Below are positions 37,991-52,186 of a stretch of 64,000 nucleotides of DNA, in pieces. The stretch comes from Mobula birostris. Taxonomy: Eukaryota. The translations under genes were made by a program, and so were the position numbers. Position 1 is the first letter of the stretch. Each line of letters starts with the position of its first letter. The stretch covers positions 27,149,821 through 27,213,820 of the forward strand of contig NC_092379.1 of the NCBI RefSeq assembly GCF_030028105.1. Reading direction: 5' to 3'. The notes under the pieces were generated by a model. It saw only the letters and a program-made list of their open reading frames with translations, had not been told where the DNA came from and made no database searches.

Positions 37991-39772
37991 GTGTTGATCG
38001 AGCCGATTGTACAGAAGGAGCCGTAGGATTGCTGAACAAAGTAGAAGAATGGTCCTCAGTTGGGAATGGTAAAGCTGGGAAAACGCCAACTACATCTGCA
38101 GTAAGTGTGTTCAGCAACACAGCATTGCAGACCGCGCTATGAAGCTCAAATTAGACTTCAATGAACTCCAGGTAATTGTGGATTTTGAGCGGTTGACTAA
38201 CAAGTGATAAAGGTAGGTAGCTGCAACTTACAGGCAGGACAAAGGTAACTGTGTGACACTCAACTGGTGAAAATGGCTTGGCAGAGAGTGCAGAGTACAT
38301 GCATCTGTGACCGTTCCCTTCCAGTACATGTAAATCACCCCAGTTACTGTTAAAATATTACCTTACAGAGTAAGAAAAAATACAATTGTCACGTGTCCAG
38401 CATTGAGTCTGGCATTGACTCTAAGGTTTGGAAGGGAAGTGCGTAGCAGAGGCGAGCTGCGGTGATAACGAATGCATTCGTCAGTTAAAAAGACATGAGA
38501 TTCCGTAGACGAAGCTGATATCACAGGGAGTTCAGCTGACAAGCCTTCATTACAGCAGAAAGCCTATAAATCCAGTAGGATACTGAAGAGACCTGAAACC
38601 ACCCCTTCCTAAAGTAGACTTTTCAAAAACGGAGGGACAAATGTTGAGTGCAAATTAAGAAATAAATGTATACCTGACTGTGTAAAAAAAATTGTGTTTA
38701 TACTGACATTCGAAAAGCATCCACTAGTTTGTGTCGAAAGAATAAAGGAATTGGTTAAATCGCACTATAAAGGTATGGGTCGAATTGCTGAAAAAGACCA
38801 TGAGATTCCAGTTGCAAAGCAAATGCAGCTCAGTCTTTCCGAAAAAAAAAAAGAAAGAAAACACATCGGACATGATAATTCAGACAAAAGAGAGCATAGT
38901 AGGCGATCAAATTGATGCAATAAAAAGGGGAATTGAGAGAAGTAGCATGTGAATTCACGACAGGACCTGCGAAATCACGACATGACTCATTTGAAAATGA
39001 GGTGATTGATGAATCGATATATATGCATGATTACTATCTTTCATATCGTTAGTTCCATAGTCCCAAAGACTTTTTTATTTTTATTTTTTTAACCGCTCTA
39101 CGAATCTGGTATTAACTAGGTATCGTAAAAAGATGCCTCGTCAGTTCATGCATTTGCAATAGTGAATGAAGTACATGTCTTTGTCGCCAGGTATCCTTCA
39201 AAATAATTTGACAAATACCCCTAGGAATCAGAGCTTGCATCAATAATACGAAGTGTAAAACTGCATTAAGTCCACGCTGGAATAGCACTAGGATGATTAA
39301 GGCAGTTTGTTATACAAGCATCATTTTACTGACTTGTACAGCCACATAGCAATGGCTGTCTCAACTATAGCAATTATCGGTGGACTGATGCGGTGTATTG
39401 CATAGGTTAATTAAATGATATGAAGCGATCGGACAAAGACGATGGAGATATTTTAGAAATTTTGCAAAATCTCAGTTTCCTGTTACCAGAGGTAGAGGGA
39501 CATTAAAATAGGTATAAACGCTCTCCGCAGAAACACATCAATGGAGCGGAAGATGCTAGCTGGAGGCGAAATAATACAATTCTTACGGCAAAGAACATCG
39601 TTAGTGGGTATAGGAGAACGCACATATGATAAAAGCTTCAGAGTCCAATGATAATAACGAGCGATGTGACACAGGGAAGCACACTTTTTGCATTAAAAAA
39701 AATACACTAATTGTGTGGAAACGAAATAAGTGAACTCTAGGTGAACTCTAGGCATTGCGGGTGTGTGCACAA

Positions 39773-39931
39773 NNNNNNNNNNNNNNNNNNNNNNNNNNNN
39801 NNNNNNNNNNNNNNNNNNNNNNNNNNNNNNNNNNNNNNNNNNNNNNNNNNNNNNNNNNNNNNNNNNNNNNNNNNNNNNNNNNNNNNNNNNNNNNNNNNNN
39901 NNNNNNNNNNNNNNNNNNNNNNNNNNNNNNN
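39773..39931. other. Assembly gap (159 N)
   Basis: Run of N. Confidence 1.
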
Positions 39932-42355
39932 ACGTAATGTCAGGCGACGAAGTAAATTGATTTTGTTCGCTCTTTCTTCACACATATCTGAACCAACATG
40001 TGAACGCATTGATCGTCTTCTCATCTTCCTGTAGTATCGTACTAGAGGAACTGTCGTGCCTTAGTGCATTAGTTATGCCAATTGTTGCAGTCCATGTAGA
40101 TTTCCTCTCCAAAGGGTCTTGTCCGGACTGTCTAGTTCATTCACTTCCAATCCTCTCACGGTTTTTCGGTTTAATTGCTATCTATGGCTATGCTGAAATA
40201 TCGTACTCCTCTCTAATAAACGCAAAGGTTGAAGAACCTGGAGACAGCCCACACGAATTTACAAAGAGATTACGATTTTTTTTCTGTTGGGAAAAATGTA
40301 TTTCGGTACCATTGACACAATGAATTAAGTTGTGGAAAATAGAAAACAAGGATTGAACTTCGGACACTGGAAGTAAACTGATCAAAAAGGCTATATCCCA
40401 AAAATGTTGTCGTCCGATTTGCTGCGAACATTCTGTGAGGCTATTCCTGCACCGTCATTAAAAAACTGTTGTTGCAATGTTTCTTTCGCTCAAGGAAGGA
40501 TTAATCCGAACAATGGAAAGTATGTGAAATGACCTTTCATACCTTATTATTTGAAAACCTGAAACAATTTCAAATAGAACGTTATTTTTTTCTTCTTTTT
40601 TTTTTCCTTTGGATATGTAAAAATGGCTGTCTTGCAGAAAGAACAGTCTTTGAACTGAGAGGACCGAAGCCCAGAGTTGTACTGAGCTTGCTAAATTAAT
40701 CGAAATTATCCAATTATGAAGAACAGAGAAAGTTATCAGAGACAAAAGAGAGAGCCATCAACTAATAATGCTTACAGCCCTGTGCCCATGAAAAGCTGAC
40801 TGTCGACAATCCGATAGGTATCGAATAAAGACTTCTAAAGATTGTGCTCATATGAAAGAGTAGAGTAGAGAAGTTTGGGAATACAGGAAGCGACAATTTA
40901 GGAACGCATCATCGCAGAAGTAGATGACCCAATTTGCAAGTGTGAAGATTACTCTGGGATCAAGATTAATAACTGGCTAACGTAGACACAATTTTACTGC
41001 TGTTACCTTTTCTATTCTTTCATTGAACACGTACGGTCAAGGAAACCCTGTGTTTCCGTGCACATTCATATAGCTTTGTGAATTCAGTTGTTTGCTCCTA
41101 ACTGCAACAACAAAATAATTTGTCAGGTAGCACGCAATCTCTCTGTGATGTTAATGATAAAACATCAGTGAAAACCCACTCCTATATTATATGTTTTATG
41201 GTTTATAATAGCCAGCCATTATTGTTGAGAGCTGATATCAGTAATACCTGTGTTCATATCTTTGAGAAATAAAGATCCATTTTCCACACTTCAGCAGGAT
41301 TCCATGCAAGAAGATTTTGTTCAAATTCTCTTGCGAGTAGTTGTGGTGTTCCTACCGTTCAGTGCTCTCAGGTTTGGAGGCTCGCTATGCGGCTGTGTGA
41401 ATTTATTAAGAGTTCGCTTGTTTTGTCCCGTCGCACCCCATCACTCTGCCAACATCTGTCAGTATGTGGGATAGTTAGCCAATAGAAATTCCTTTGGTGT
41501 ATGTACAGGGCTGAAACTGAAGAGCTGTTGTAAACTTAGCAGGGTCAACGACGAATAAATGTTAAATATTAAGATGTCCTGGAAGATGACAGCAAAACGA
41601 GGTAATAAATGAACGAGGTTGGTTGTCGATTTTGAATTGAAAATCTTCAGTTTCCGAAAACTAGCCTAATTGTGGCCCTTCTGTGACACCAATGACTTGG
41701 TGTTTTTCGGCAGTTTAGCACATCTTAGATTTGGGGGGAAAAATGGCTTACTAAAGGCGTAAGAAGTAGACGTGCTAATATAAGGATACACAGCTGGGAT
41801 CATCGTAATGAACAGGCGCACGAGAACGTGTCTATCTTTTTTTTGCAATAAAGCCAGAGGATTGAGTATTTTCTTCCAGCTTCCCTCGGTGTTTTTTTCC
41901 CCGAAAGTTTTGTCATGCTGTCTCTCTTTCAGACGGCAGAGCATAGTTCACTCGATACTATATGCTCTCCTTTATCAATTTATTGATCCAGTAGGTGCAC
42001 GGACATTTGTTTTCCCGAGCCGACTCCACGGTGCTAATATGGTGGATTATCAAGGAATGCAATTTTATATGATAGGATTAGATTGAACCCAATATTTTGA
42101 AGGTGTTCGGAAATATGCATGTGTCTCTTCGAGATTTTTAATAAAGTAAATGCTTACCAATTGCATTGAGGTAGGGAAGAATTCGTAATATTGTTGCAAG
42201 TATGTCTTGTCATCTCCTATTTTAATCTGTGTTCACTTTCTTTAAATTTTCTGAAGAAGGGAATAATTCCTTTAACATCTTTCGTGGCAAAAACCTTGTG
42301 GACTGTTCTCGTCATCGGGATCAGTGAGTGTAGGATCTCAGTTTTATCGGCATTG

Positions 42356-43092
42356 CGTCACAACCATGGATTCGGCAACGTACAGGAACGCAGAACAGGA
42401 ACACAGAGCCTTGGCCGTGAGAGAACAGGAACATGGAACACAGAGCCGTGACCGCTCCTTGGGAACAGGACTTGGGGCACAGAGCCAAGACCCCTCCTAG
42501 GGAGCAGGACGTAGGGCCAAGGCTCATACACAGAACACTGAGAGACAGATCACCGCTCAAGGTAGCGGTAAACGGTCGGACCTACCTAGCGGAGGGAAGA
42601 GCAAAAAGAGGCGGTTCCCAACACAAGGTAGCGGCAAACGGTCGGACTTACATAGCGAAGGCGTGGACACAGGGACAGTTCCCAACTGAATTACCGGCAA
42701 ACGACCGGTCCTACCTACCGAAGGCGAGAACACAAAGGAACAATTCCAAACAACCAAAGACAGTTCCTTAACTAGACCCAGCAAGTCCCCGATCTGGCCC
42801 TGGCGATTGTAACTGACGGCGTTACAGGCGAGGGCACAGGCGAAGGTAGCAGGGGAGGCTTCAGGTGAAGGTAGCAGTCGAGGCTTCAGAAGCAAGAGGA
42901 AGGGGAGGGAGCAGTCCAGCAAATGAAGCTGAACCCATGAGCTATTTATGTTGCCAGCCCAAAATGAGAATCATGTGCTTGAATTTCGACATCCAACAGA
43001 ACAACTGAAAACCGCACCGCCAAATCCCGGAATAAGGATCGATGGACCGGTCTCTGAAACGGAATGCTGACTTTGAGGACCAGACCATGACA
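42356..43092 (-). mobile_element. Solo-LTR-like element (paralog of 1725-2545)
   Basis: Same sequence and flanks; only one copy of the 30-bp unit. Confidence 0.6.
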
Positions 43093-43289
43093 TTGATTGC
43101 ATAACCGACAGACTCACTATCACAATAACTCGTATCCGCAATCATTTCTTTTTAATTTGCTCCTGTTGTCTTCTTTTACACGCAAGTTGCGTGCCTGTCT
43201 GTAGTTAAGCATACTTAACTATTTATTGTCTGATTATCTGCGACAGCACCATCTACAACTAGTAAATTTAACGTCTACCAGGCCATTTT

Positions 43290-44817
43290 GGGGAGATTCT
43301 GTAGCTGGAGTGTTTGCGGAGACATTAATAATGATATGTCAAGAATCGATAGAGTCTGGTAAGTATGGGATGACTTGATAATTGCAAATGTCACTCTGCC
43401 TTTCAGGTATGGTGGGAAGCACCAGAGCGGAAACGATAGACCAGTTATCCTCGTTGGAAAATTGTTGTAACCGATATTTAGGGATCAGCTGACCGAGTAC
43501 CTGGAGGCACATGATAAGATATGCCAAAATTAACATGGTTTCCTGAAAGGAAATCCTGCCTGAGTAGCCTACTGCATTTTTTGGGGAAAATTATAAACAG
43601 GGTAGAGAAAGGAGAAGCAATGCCTGCTGTGTGCTTGGATTTTCAGAAGTGTTTTGACAAGGTTCCGCACAAGAGGCTGCTTAGCAAGGTAAGAGCCCAT
43701 GGAATTACACGGAAGTTACTAGCATGGGTGTAGCATTTGTTGATCGGCATAAAACAGACAGTGGAATTACAGGGATCCTCTTCTGGGTGGTTGCCGGTTA
43801 CCAGTAGAGTTCCACAGGGGTCGGTGTTGGGAAACCCTGCTTTCTACGATGTATGTCAATGACCTGGACTATGGGATTAATGGACTTGTGCCGAAGGTTA
43901 CCGTTGATACAAGGAGAGGTGGAGGAGCGGATGACATGAAACAGAGTCTGCAGAGAGACTGAGGTAGTTAGTGTAATAGGCAAAGAGGTGGCAAATGAAA
44001 TACAATGTTGGAAAGTTTGGTCGAAGCAAAAAACGGACAGACTATTATTTAGATGGAGAGGGGATTCAAAATGCAGAGAGACCAAGGGACTTGATGGTTC
44101 CTGTGCAGGATACCCGAAAGGTTAACCTCCAGTCTGAGTCGGTGGTGAAGAAGGCGAATGCAATTTTGACATTCGGTTCTTGAGGTAGACATTATAAGAG
44201 CAGCGATGTGATGTTAAGGCTCTATATGGCCTTCGTGAGACGACATTTGGAGTATCATGAGCAGTTTTAGGCTCCACCTTATTTTAGAGAGGATATACTG
44301 ACATTGGAGAGGGTTCAGAGAAGATTCACGAGAATAATTCCAGGAATAAAAGGGTTACCATAAGAGGGACGTCTGGCAGCTCTTGGGCTGTATTTCCTGG
44401 AATTCAGGAGAATGAGACGAGATCCTGTCGAAACATTCCGATTGTTGAAAGGCCTGAACAGATTGGATATGGCAAAGTTATTTCCCATGGTAGGGGAGTC
44501 TTGGACAGGAGGGCAGGATTGAAGGAAGTCGATTTAAAACAGAGATGCGGAGAAATTACTTTAGTCTGAGGCTGAAAAATTGGTGGATTTTTTTTTTTTT
44601 CCCCACGAGCGGCTATGGAGGCTAAGTCATTGAGTGCATTTAAGCCAGAAATAGAGAGGTTCCTGATTAACCAGGGAATTTCAAAGTTAGGGGGAAAATG
44701 CAGGCGAGTTGGGATGACTTGAAAAATTGGATCAGCCAAGACTGAGTGGTGTAGTAGACACTATGGGCTGAATGACCTGCTTCTGCTCCTATATCTTACG
44801 GTCTTATGGTCTTATCC
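43290..44817 (+). mobile_element. CR1 fragment (paralog of 2740-4262)
   Basis: DFQKCFDKVPHKRLLSKVRAHGI; same tail. Confidence 0.9.
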
Positions 44818-45693
44818 TCATTTAGTGTTAGACATAACTTGTTCTCGAATCCTGAATGTCAATTAAGGAAAAAAAAAGGGACGAGATTGCGGAGGGCCGA
44901 AGGGATGGGCCTGGTATTATATAGCCCAGTTTTTCATTCTTGACTCAAAACAACAGAGTATAGGCTTAAGTTGGGATAATGCATGCTCATGGAGAAATGA
45001 ATGATAAGTGTTGTTATGAAACACAGGATGTGGGCTTATATCTTTAACTTGCAGGCAAAGACCTATTGTAAACTCGTTGACTTATTGTCTTTCAGGGACA
45101 TAAATTGGCAAAGGGAAGTGGGTGTATACACAACACTGAAAGATGAGGTTGGTCGAGATGGTGCTCGACGAAAATTAAGTTTTAGTTACCGAATACCTAT
45201 TGAGTCAATGCCAACTGACGCTTTATCGTTATCCTGGTTGAATATGTACTGTATGTCTCCTTAAACTACTCGTGATTTTGCGGTACCTCAATTCGGGAAA
45301 GCACCTTTTTTTCGACTGTAATCGAGGGGAACGTACCAAATACATGTTTTTTTTTTCTATGTGATTCGAGGATGTCACTTCCGATTCTTCCATACTTGCA
45401 TGCATTTCAAACTATTGCACAGAACATGTAATGTACGTGTGGTCTGGTGTAATCTACCACGACTGAATTGATTGGTTGTACTGAGGAACAAAGAAGTAAG
45501 GAGGGACTGGGCGGCTAAAAGAACTGAGTTGATTGTAGGTGTTAGAGAAGAAAAGAGATTTGTGTTTAATGTTTGCGACCAGTAATATAACCAGAAGAGA
45601 AGAGAGACATCATACTCCTTCCGAATTTCTAAACAACGCCTCCTTTGCTAGTGAGATAAGTTCGGTTGAAATTCATAGTCAGTGGATAGAGAC

Positions 45694-46548
45694 ATGCTGT
45701 TTCGATCTGTATATTCGTTTCTTATTGCAGCAGTATTCTTGCTCGGTAAGTTTCTGGCGGTCGAACATTGCGGCTCTCGTCCATGCAGTGCAGCTTAATG
45801 TATCAGTCAATACCCGCAATACAATGTTGAGAAGGACAGGGAAGCCCGTCAGATGAGCAGAAAAGGTCTGCGGCTCCAGTTATTCTCTAACTTGCATTAT
45901 AGTGCTTGAGGGGAGCTAAGAAGGCGATTATGTCTGAGTCGATTGCTGCTGCTGACATCATGACTTTTCCCGCTAGAATGTAATGGAAAACTGCACACAT
46001 GCCAATAGAAGAGGTTGGAAAGATTTTTGTTTTTACTCATTTTCTTTTCTTTTTTTTTAATAATTGAATTGAATTGATCATATCCAATTTCCTGGTATAC
46101 CCACAAATCTCTGCGGGATGGATATTTATAACTGATATCTCCCCACCCGCGACGCATGTCAGTAGAAGAGATCAAAAGGCGATCCGAAGTGTGCGTTCTG
46201 CTGGATGTGATTGTTTGTTTGAAATATGTTGTGGATTCTTTCAGGATATGTTCGAGGCGATGCTGTTTTTCAGACACCTGCAACGTCCACAGTGATTGAA
46301 GGGATTGACGCGTTGTTGAACTGTAGCTATACTACAACGGCAAGCGATTTTGCATTACTCTGGTACCGTCAACATCCCGGCGGATCTCCGGAGTTCCTTT
46401 TGATACGGACGAAATACGGCAGTAATCAAAATGAAATTCCAGGCCAACGTTTCACAGCGCAGCTGGATGCTTCGACGGCAACTGTCCAACTAAGTGTGTC
46501 CGAGGCACAACTAAGAGATACGGTCATATATTTCTGCGCTCTGAGCCA
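45694..46548 (+). CDS. TCR alpha/delta-type V segment V3, paralog of V1 (leader 45694-45745, intron 45746-46244, V exon 46245-46548)
   Basis: Same leader peptide, intact GT/AG, open V frame; 8 aa differences from V1. Confidence 0.93.
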
Positions 46549-46587
46549 CACAAAGGCATCGGCCTCATCAGTGATTGTACAAAAACT
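46549..46587 (+). other. 23-RSS of V3 (CACAAAG - 23 nt - ACAAAAACT)
   Basis: Spacer counted as 46556-46578. Confidence 0.92.
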
Positions 46588-47385
46588 ACTTGTTCTCCCT
46601 AGAGCCATCCGGTTGTAACTGCAGCTTTGCGTGCAGCAGCAAACCTTCGCTGATTCCTGTAATTATGACAATAGTAACATATATTTCGTCATTATTATTC
46701 AGATTTAAATATACCGATTCAATCAGTTTCAACAGGTTGCGTCTGAATCTGCCCTCGTGCGCATCGTGTAGGATAATTCTAATGCAGTTTTTGAAAGAGC
46801 TGAAGAAAGCCCACCCAACCTTTGTTGTTTAACGTTTGTCTTAAACGAGCATATTTGCTTGTTTGAACTGCAATTTCTTTGGTATAGCAAGATAGAAGCG
46901 GTTGGCATGTTGAATCAGCTTTACTGGTCTGATAATTGTTCGAACAGGTTTGTTGATCATTTGTTTATAAATAATAAACATTTTACAAAGCATTGATTTT
47001 CCCCAAGTTACAACCAGTACAAAGCTGAATATTAAACAACTGTACAAACATTGAACAAACAGGTTGGCTAAAAGTGCGCATAGAGTTTATCTTCCCAATC
47101 TTTATGAACATTATTGCCCTAAACAAAAGAAGAAAGTGCAGCCCCTTCCACATATGTTTTTATATTAACAAGACATTTGAAACTGAACAATAAGCAGCTA
47201 TCCAATGGGAAAAACAGCTGCACCTTCTCAATTAACCAATCAGAACGGCAGCGCTTTTGAGTGTCAGAATAATACACTCCCGCACAGTGCGCACACACTC
47301 CTCTGAACATGCAAAAGAGATGATCCCACCCTCTGAGTATTAAGAATCTCACTAAATCCTAAATTCTACATGAAAAACAAAAGTA

Positions 47386-47782
47386 CGCATCAGAATCAGA
47401 ATCAGTTTTATTATCGCCAGCAAGTGACTTGGCATTTGTTAATTTTGCAGCAGCAGTTCCATCCTGTAAATAATGTAGAAAAAAACATAATAATAATAAT
47501 AATAATAAATAATGTTAATCTGTAACAATATACGCATATTGAATAGATTAAAAATCTTGCAAAATAATAAATAATATATATTTTTGAAATTGAGGTAGTG
47601 TCCAAGAGTTCAATATCCATTTAGGAATCGGATGGCAGTCGGGAAGAAACTGCTCATGAATCGCTGAATCGCTGAGGGTGTGCTTTCATGGTGCCTTACA
47701 TCCCACCTGATGTTAACAACGAGAAAAGGTCACCCTGTGTGCTGGAGTTCCTTAATAATGGACGCTGCTCCTTGAATACAAT
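47386..47782 (-). mobile_element. Rex1/Babar-like 3' end (paralog of 6838-7262)
   Basis: Same tail and internal sequence. Confidence 0.7.
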
Positions 47783-48659
47783 ACGCAGTACTGTAAACCT
47801 AAAAGTAAACTTCCAGTATTTTATACTAGTCAACCAGCCTCACTGTGCCCTGAAAGACAAACAACCCTAACCTGGAGTGTAACAGCCAATGAGCTGATCT
47901 CCCAGTTAATATTAAACACTATCTCTGATGTATGTTCACCCTCTTTACATTCTGAACGGTTAATCCAATTGAACAGTTCCAGGAACAGTCCATCCGTACT
48001 ATTGTGAGAAACGCTATCAATCAAAACATCGTTCCTTCGGGTAGCCCTGTTATCGACCCGCATGGGCGACGTGGTTATTCAGACACTATTGTTCCATCTA
48101 TACGGCAACAGGTATCAACCGCACAACCATGTGTAAACAATTGCTTGACCTCGGAACTGCATTGGCAATAAGACTCATACAGCTTTTAGCAAGTATCAAG
48201 CCACTGAGCATAATTTGCCACAGTCACAGTTAACCCAGCATAATGTTCCTGCTCACGCTTGCCATCAATCATGCAACTGGTCGCTCTAATCACCATAGCA
48301 TCAAAACTCTGACAAGCGAGAATTCTCTTTATTAGTCAGAAAATTCCAATTATACAAATGGTTTACTGGGAAAATACAACATCTCAAAACACTCAACTCC
48401 CTTAAGACTGGTTTAGTAAGTTTGAGATTTGCAGGAAGAGGCTATTTTCTCCTCAGCTCCCGCAAAACAGAATAACAAAACGCGAAAAGACAGATAACTT
48501 TGCACCAACAATCACAAAGTGATCGATATAAGTGGCAAATTTTGGTATGTTGTAAGGAATCTTCATACAAATTCAACTATGTGACCTATTGCTCCACAGT
48601 GCAAATTCCATCGCCTTCCACAGGAATACATAACAGTATCATTCACCGCATATCGTCCT

Positions 48660-49590
48660 TCATAGAAACATAGAGAACCTACAGCACAATACAAGCCCTT
48701 CGGCGCACAAAGTTTTGCTGAACATGTTCTGACGTTAGAAGTTACCAGGGTTACCCACAGCACTCTATTTTTCTAAGCTAACAATTACCTATCCAATAGT
48801 CTCTGAAAATACCCAATCGTATTCGGTTCCACCACCGTTGCCGGCAGAGCATTCTACGCACTCACCACTCTCTGCGAGAAAAAAAAAAAAAAAAAAAAAA
48901 ATCTTACCCCTAACGCCTCATTTGTACTTGCTCCTCAGCACCTTAAACTTGTGTCCTCTTGTGGCAGCCATTTCAGACCTGGGAAAAAAAGCCTCTGACT
49001 ATCCATACGATCAATGCATCCCTTCACCTTATGCACCTCTGTTAGGTCACCTCTCATCCTCTGTCGCTCCAGTGAGAAACGGCCGAGTTCACTTAACCTG
49101 TTTTCATAAGGCATGTGCCCCAATCCCGGCAACATCCTTCTAAATCTCCTCTGCACCTTTTCTATGCTTTTCACGTTCTTCCTGCAGTGAGACCACCAGA
49201 ACTGAGCACAGTACTCGATGTGGGGTCGGACCAGCTTCCTGCGTAGATGCAATATTACCTCTTGGCTCATAAATTCAATACCGTGATTGATGAAGGTCAA
49301 TACACCGGATGCCTTCTTAACCACAGAGTTAACCTGCGCAGCTGCTTTGAGCGTCGTATTGACTCGGACCCCAGTTTCCTACTGATCCTCCACACTGCCA
49401 AGATTCTTACAATTAATACTATAGCCGGCCATCATACTTGACCTACCAAAATAAATCACTTCATATTTATCTGAGTTGAACTCCATCTTCCACTTCTCAG
49501 CCCAGTTTTGCATCCTATCAATGTCCCGCTGTAACTAGCCTGTGACAGCCCTTCACACTATCCACATCACTCCCAACGTATGTGTCATCA
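48660..49590 (-). mobile_element. CR1 fragment (paralog of 8137-9072)
   Basis: ORF 48935-49324, LVRPHIEYCAQFW. Confidence 0.9.
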
Positions 49591-52186
49591 GCACTTTGAA
49601 AGTCTGCAATGTAGGGGACACAAATGCACTCGCTCCAGATTAGTCCCTGGAAATACAGAAAAGACACACAAAAAAATTGAACTACCTCAATTACTTTCCA
49701 AATGTTCAGTTCCCACTAAATGTGGTCATATGTGCTTAAATAGAGGAAGAAGAGAACAAGAGTCTTCCACGTGCTATGTTATATACCCACTATATTTGAA
49801 AAGGGACAACAGGCACATATCCTTTGGGAAAATTGTGGTCCCCTCTAGAGTAACTAGTCACAACGGAAAAGGCTGTAATTAATCAGAATATGGCACACCC
49901 CCGCAGGACATCAGTACATCAACACTTTTCCTGTGGAAGGGACAGGATTTGTCCCGTATATGCTGTTGTGAAGAAATCCCGGTTGTTGCCGCTCTTTTGT
50001 ATCCAATAAAAGTTAATTTTATCCCCGTTTTTGAAATTATTGTTTAGTATTCTTTAACGTTAACTTCTGGTCTGCAACAGCAAACGGTATTCATAACCAG
50101 CAAACTAATTTTGTAGGATTGTTAGTACGCTCTCAGTAGTGACAAGCTGATAAGCGCACTGGACCCGGAACAATATGAATTTTAAGTCGTAGTTCAATAC
50201 ATTAAGTCATTAAGATGATGAGATATTTTGAAGGCGCAGCATAATTTTGCTAAATACGGCCCAGCTGATTGATAATACGAAGGTGAAATAAAATATTTGC
50301 AGTAACACCACACACTGTTTGTCTTCACAACCAGGTGTTTTGGAAATATTAATATAAGTTATAAACATAATAGAGCAAATGTGTATGAACCAGCCGCTGA
50401 GCCACCTGCAGCCGAAGTGTGACCGGTCAGAGGTAAATTTGGGTGTTGCAATAATAGTGGTGATAAGCTTTCTGTTCCTATAACATGGCTGAATATTATG
50501 ACCTGTCAATGTTACTGTGATATGAACACTCTAAGACCATTGATAAGTGTAGGATTACAACACAGTCGAAGATCCTGGTCATTGCGGAATATGTGGTAAG
50601 AAACTAAATGAAGCATATCCTGAAGTTATATGGACTTTGCCTGTGGAGGAATTGCTCAAGGAAATGTAGAAGGTGAAGAGTGATTTTCATTAAAAAAAGT
50701 AACTCGATAACATGAACACTAAATTGTTCCAGGTTTGCTGAGTAAGTCGAGGCAAAGCTTTACTTCACAGTTACTTGTAACAATGTTACTTCACAGATGT
50801 AAATGAGGGGAATGTTGAGCGTTCGCAACTGCAGAGTACATTCTACTCCAACAGCAGTTACGTGGACTTGCCAAAGGAAGGACTATCAATGACAGCCACT
50901 CTCAAGGACATGCTTGTTTCATTCTTTGATGGGGAAGGATTCTGGAGTCCAAGGGCCCACACCAGCGAAATAAAGAAAACCCGAAAGGCTATTGCCCTGT
51001 AGCCATGTGGCTCCTGAGTGAACGTGGAAAACTACACTCATCTCAGTCCTGAGCTGATTGCACAACCGACAGACTCACTTTAATGATAATTCGTCGTCGC
51101 AGCGTGTTCTTTTTCAACTGAGTGTGTTATCTACTCTTTACACTTCTGTTGCGTGCCCGTCTACAGTTACGTATATTATAATTAACGTATTACTATTATA
51201 TGTTTCCTGGTTATCGTGACATCACTATCTACCATTATTAAATTTAACGGCTACCAGGGCTTTGTAACTTAATTTTAGATATAATTTATTTGTGGAACCT
51301 TCATGTCAAATATAGCAGAAAACGATACTTTTGCGAAGGGTCGATGAGGTGAGCCTGCACATAAATTATCCAGTAATTACATTTTTCCATCCTTGACTTT
51401 AAGAAAAATTAAAAAGTTACTTAGGTTTACTTTGACAGCGTAAATGTCAAACGAGAAATTAATGCTGAGTACTTCTATAAAAACGGGAAGTGGTTTATAT
51501 CTCTAACTTTATCACAAGGAGATACATGTAAACATGTTCAATTATTCTTTTTCAGGTGCATGAATTGGCGAAGGGAAGTGGGTGTATCCACAACGTAGAA
51601 AGAGGAGGTAGAGCGAGATGAGGCTCGACAGAAATTCCGTTTTCATTGCCGAAAAATCTATTGAATCCATGGCAAGTGACTTGTTTTTTAAGGATACTGT
51701 TTGAGTACTATAAACAGGAAGAAGACGTCAACACAGGAAAAAATAGACATACAGTGAATTGTGTTTTATGCCTCCTTCGTATTTTCGCAAATGTTACATG
51801 ACTCGCTTAGAAAACAACTCCTATGTTTAGAATTTACAGAATGAAAACATACCAACTGCATATTTTCTGCGTCACACTACGATGTCACTTCCGATTCTTC
51901 CATCTTTGCCTAATTACCTTATATGCAGCTCAACGCTTTGCACGGAAGTTGTAATGGAGGTCAGATCGAGCCTTATCCGTCAGTAAAGAATTGATTGGTT
52001 GTACTGATAAACAAAGAAGTAGTGATGTATTGCAACGATTCAGTTGATTGGGGGTGTTGTAAAAACAAGGAGCTTTGAGCTGATTGGATGCGACCAATAA
52101 TATAACAGTACACACCTTCCGAATTTCTAATTAAAACTTCCTTAACAATAAGATTATTTCAGTTCCAATTCACAGGCTGTGCAGAC

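Noticed and set aside
39737-40034. ORFs spanning the N run
   Set aside because: Artefacts of the assembly gap.
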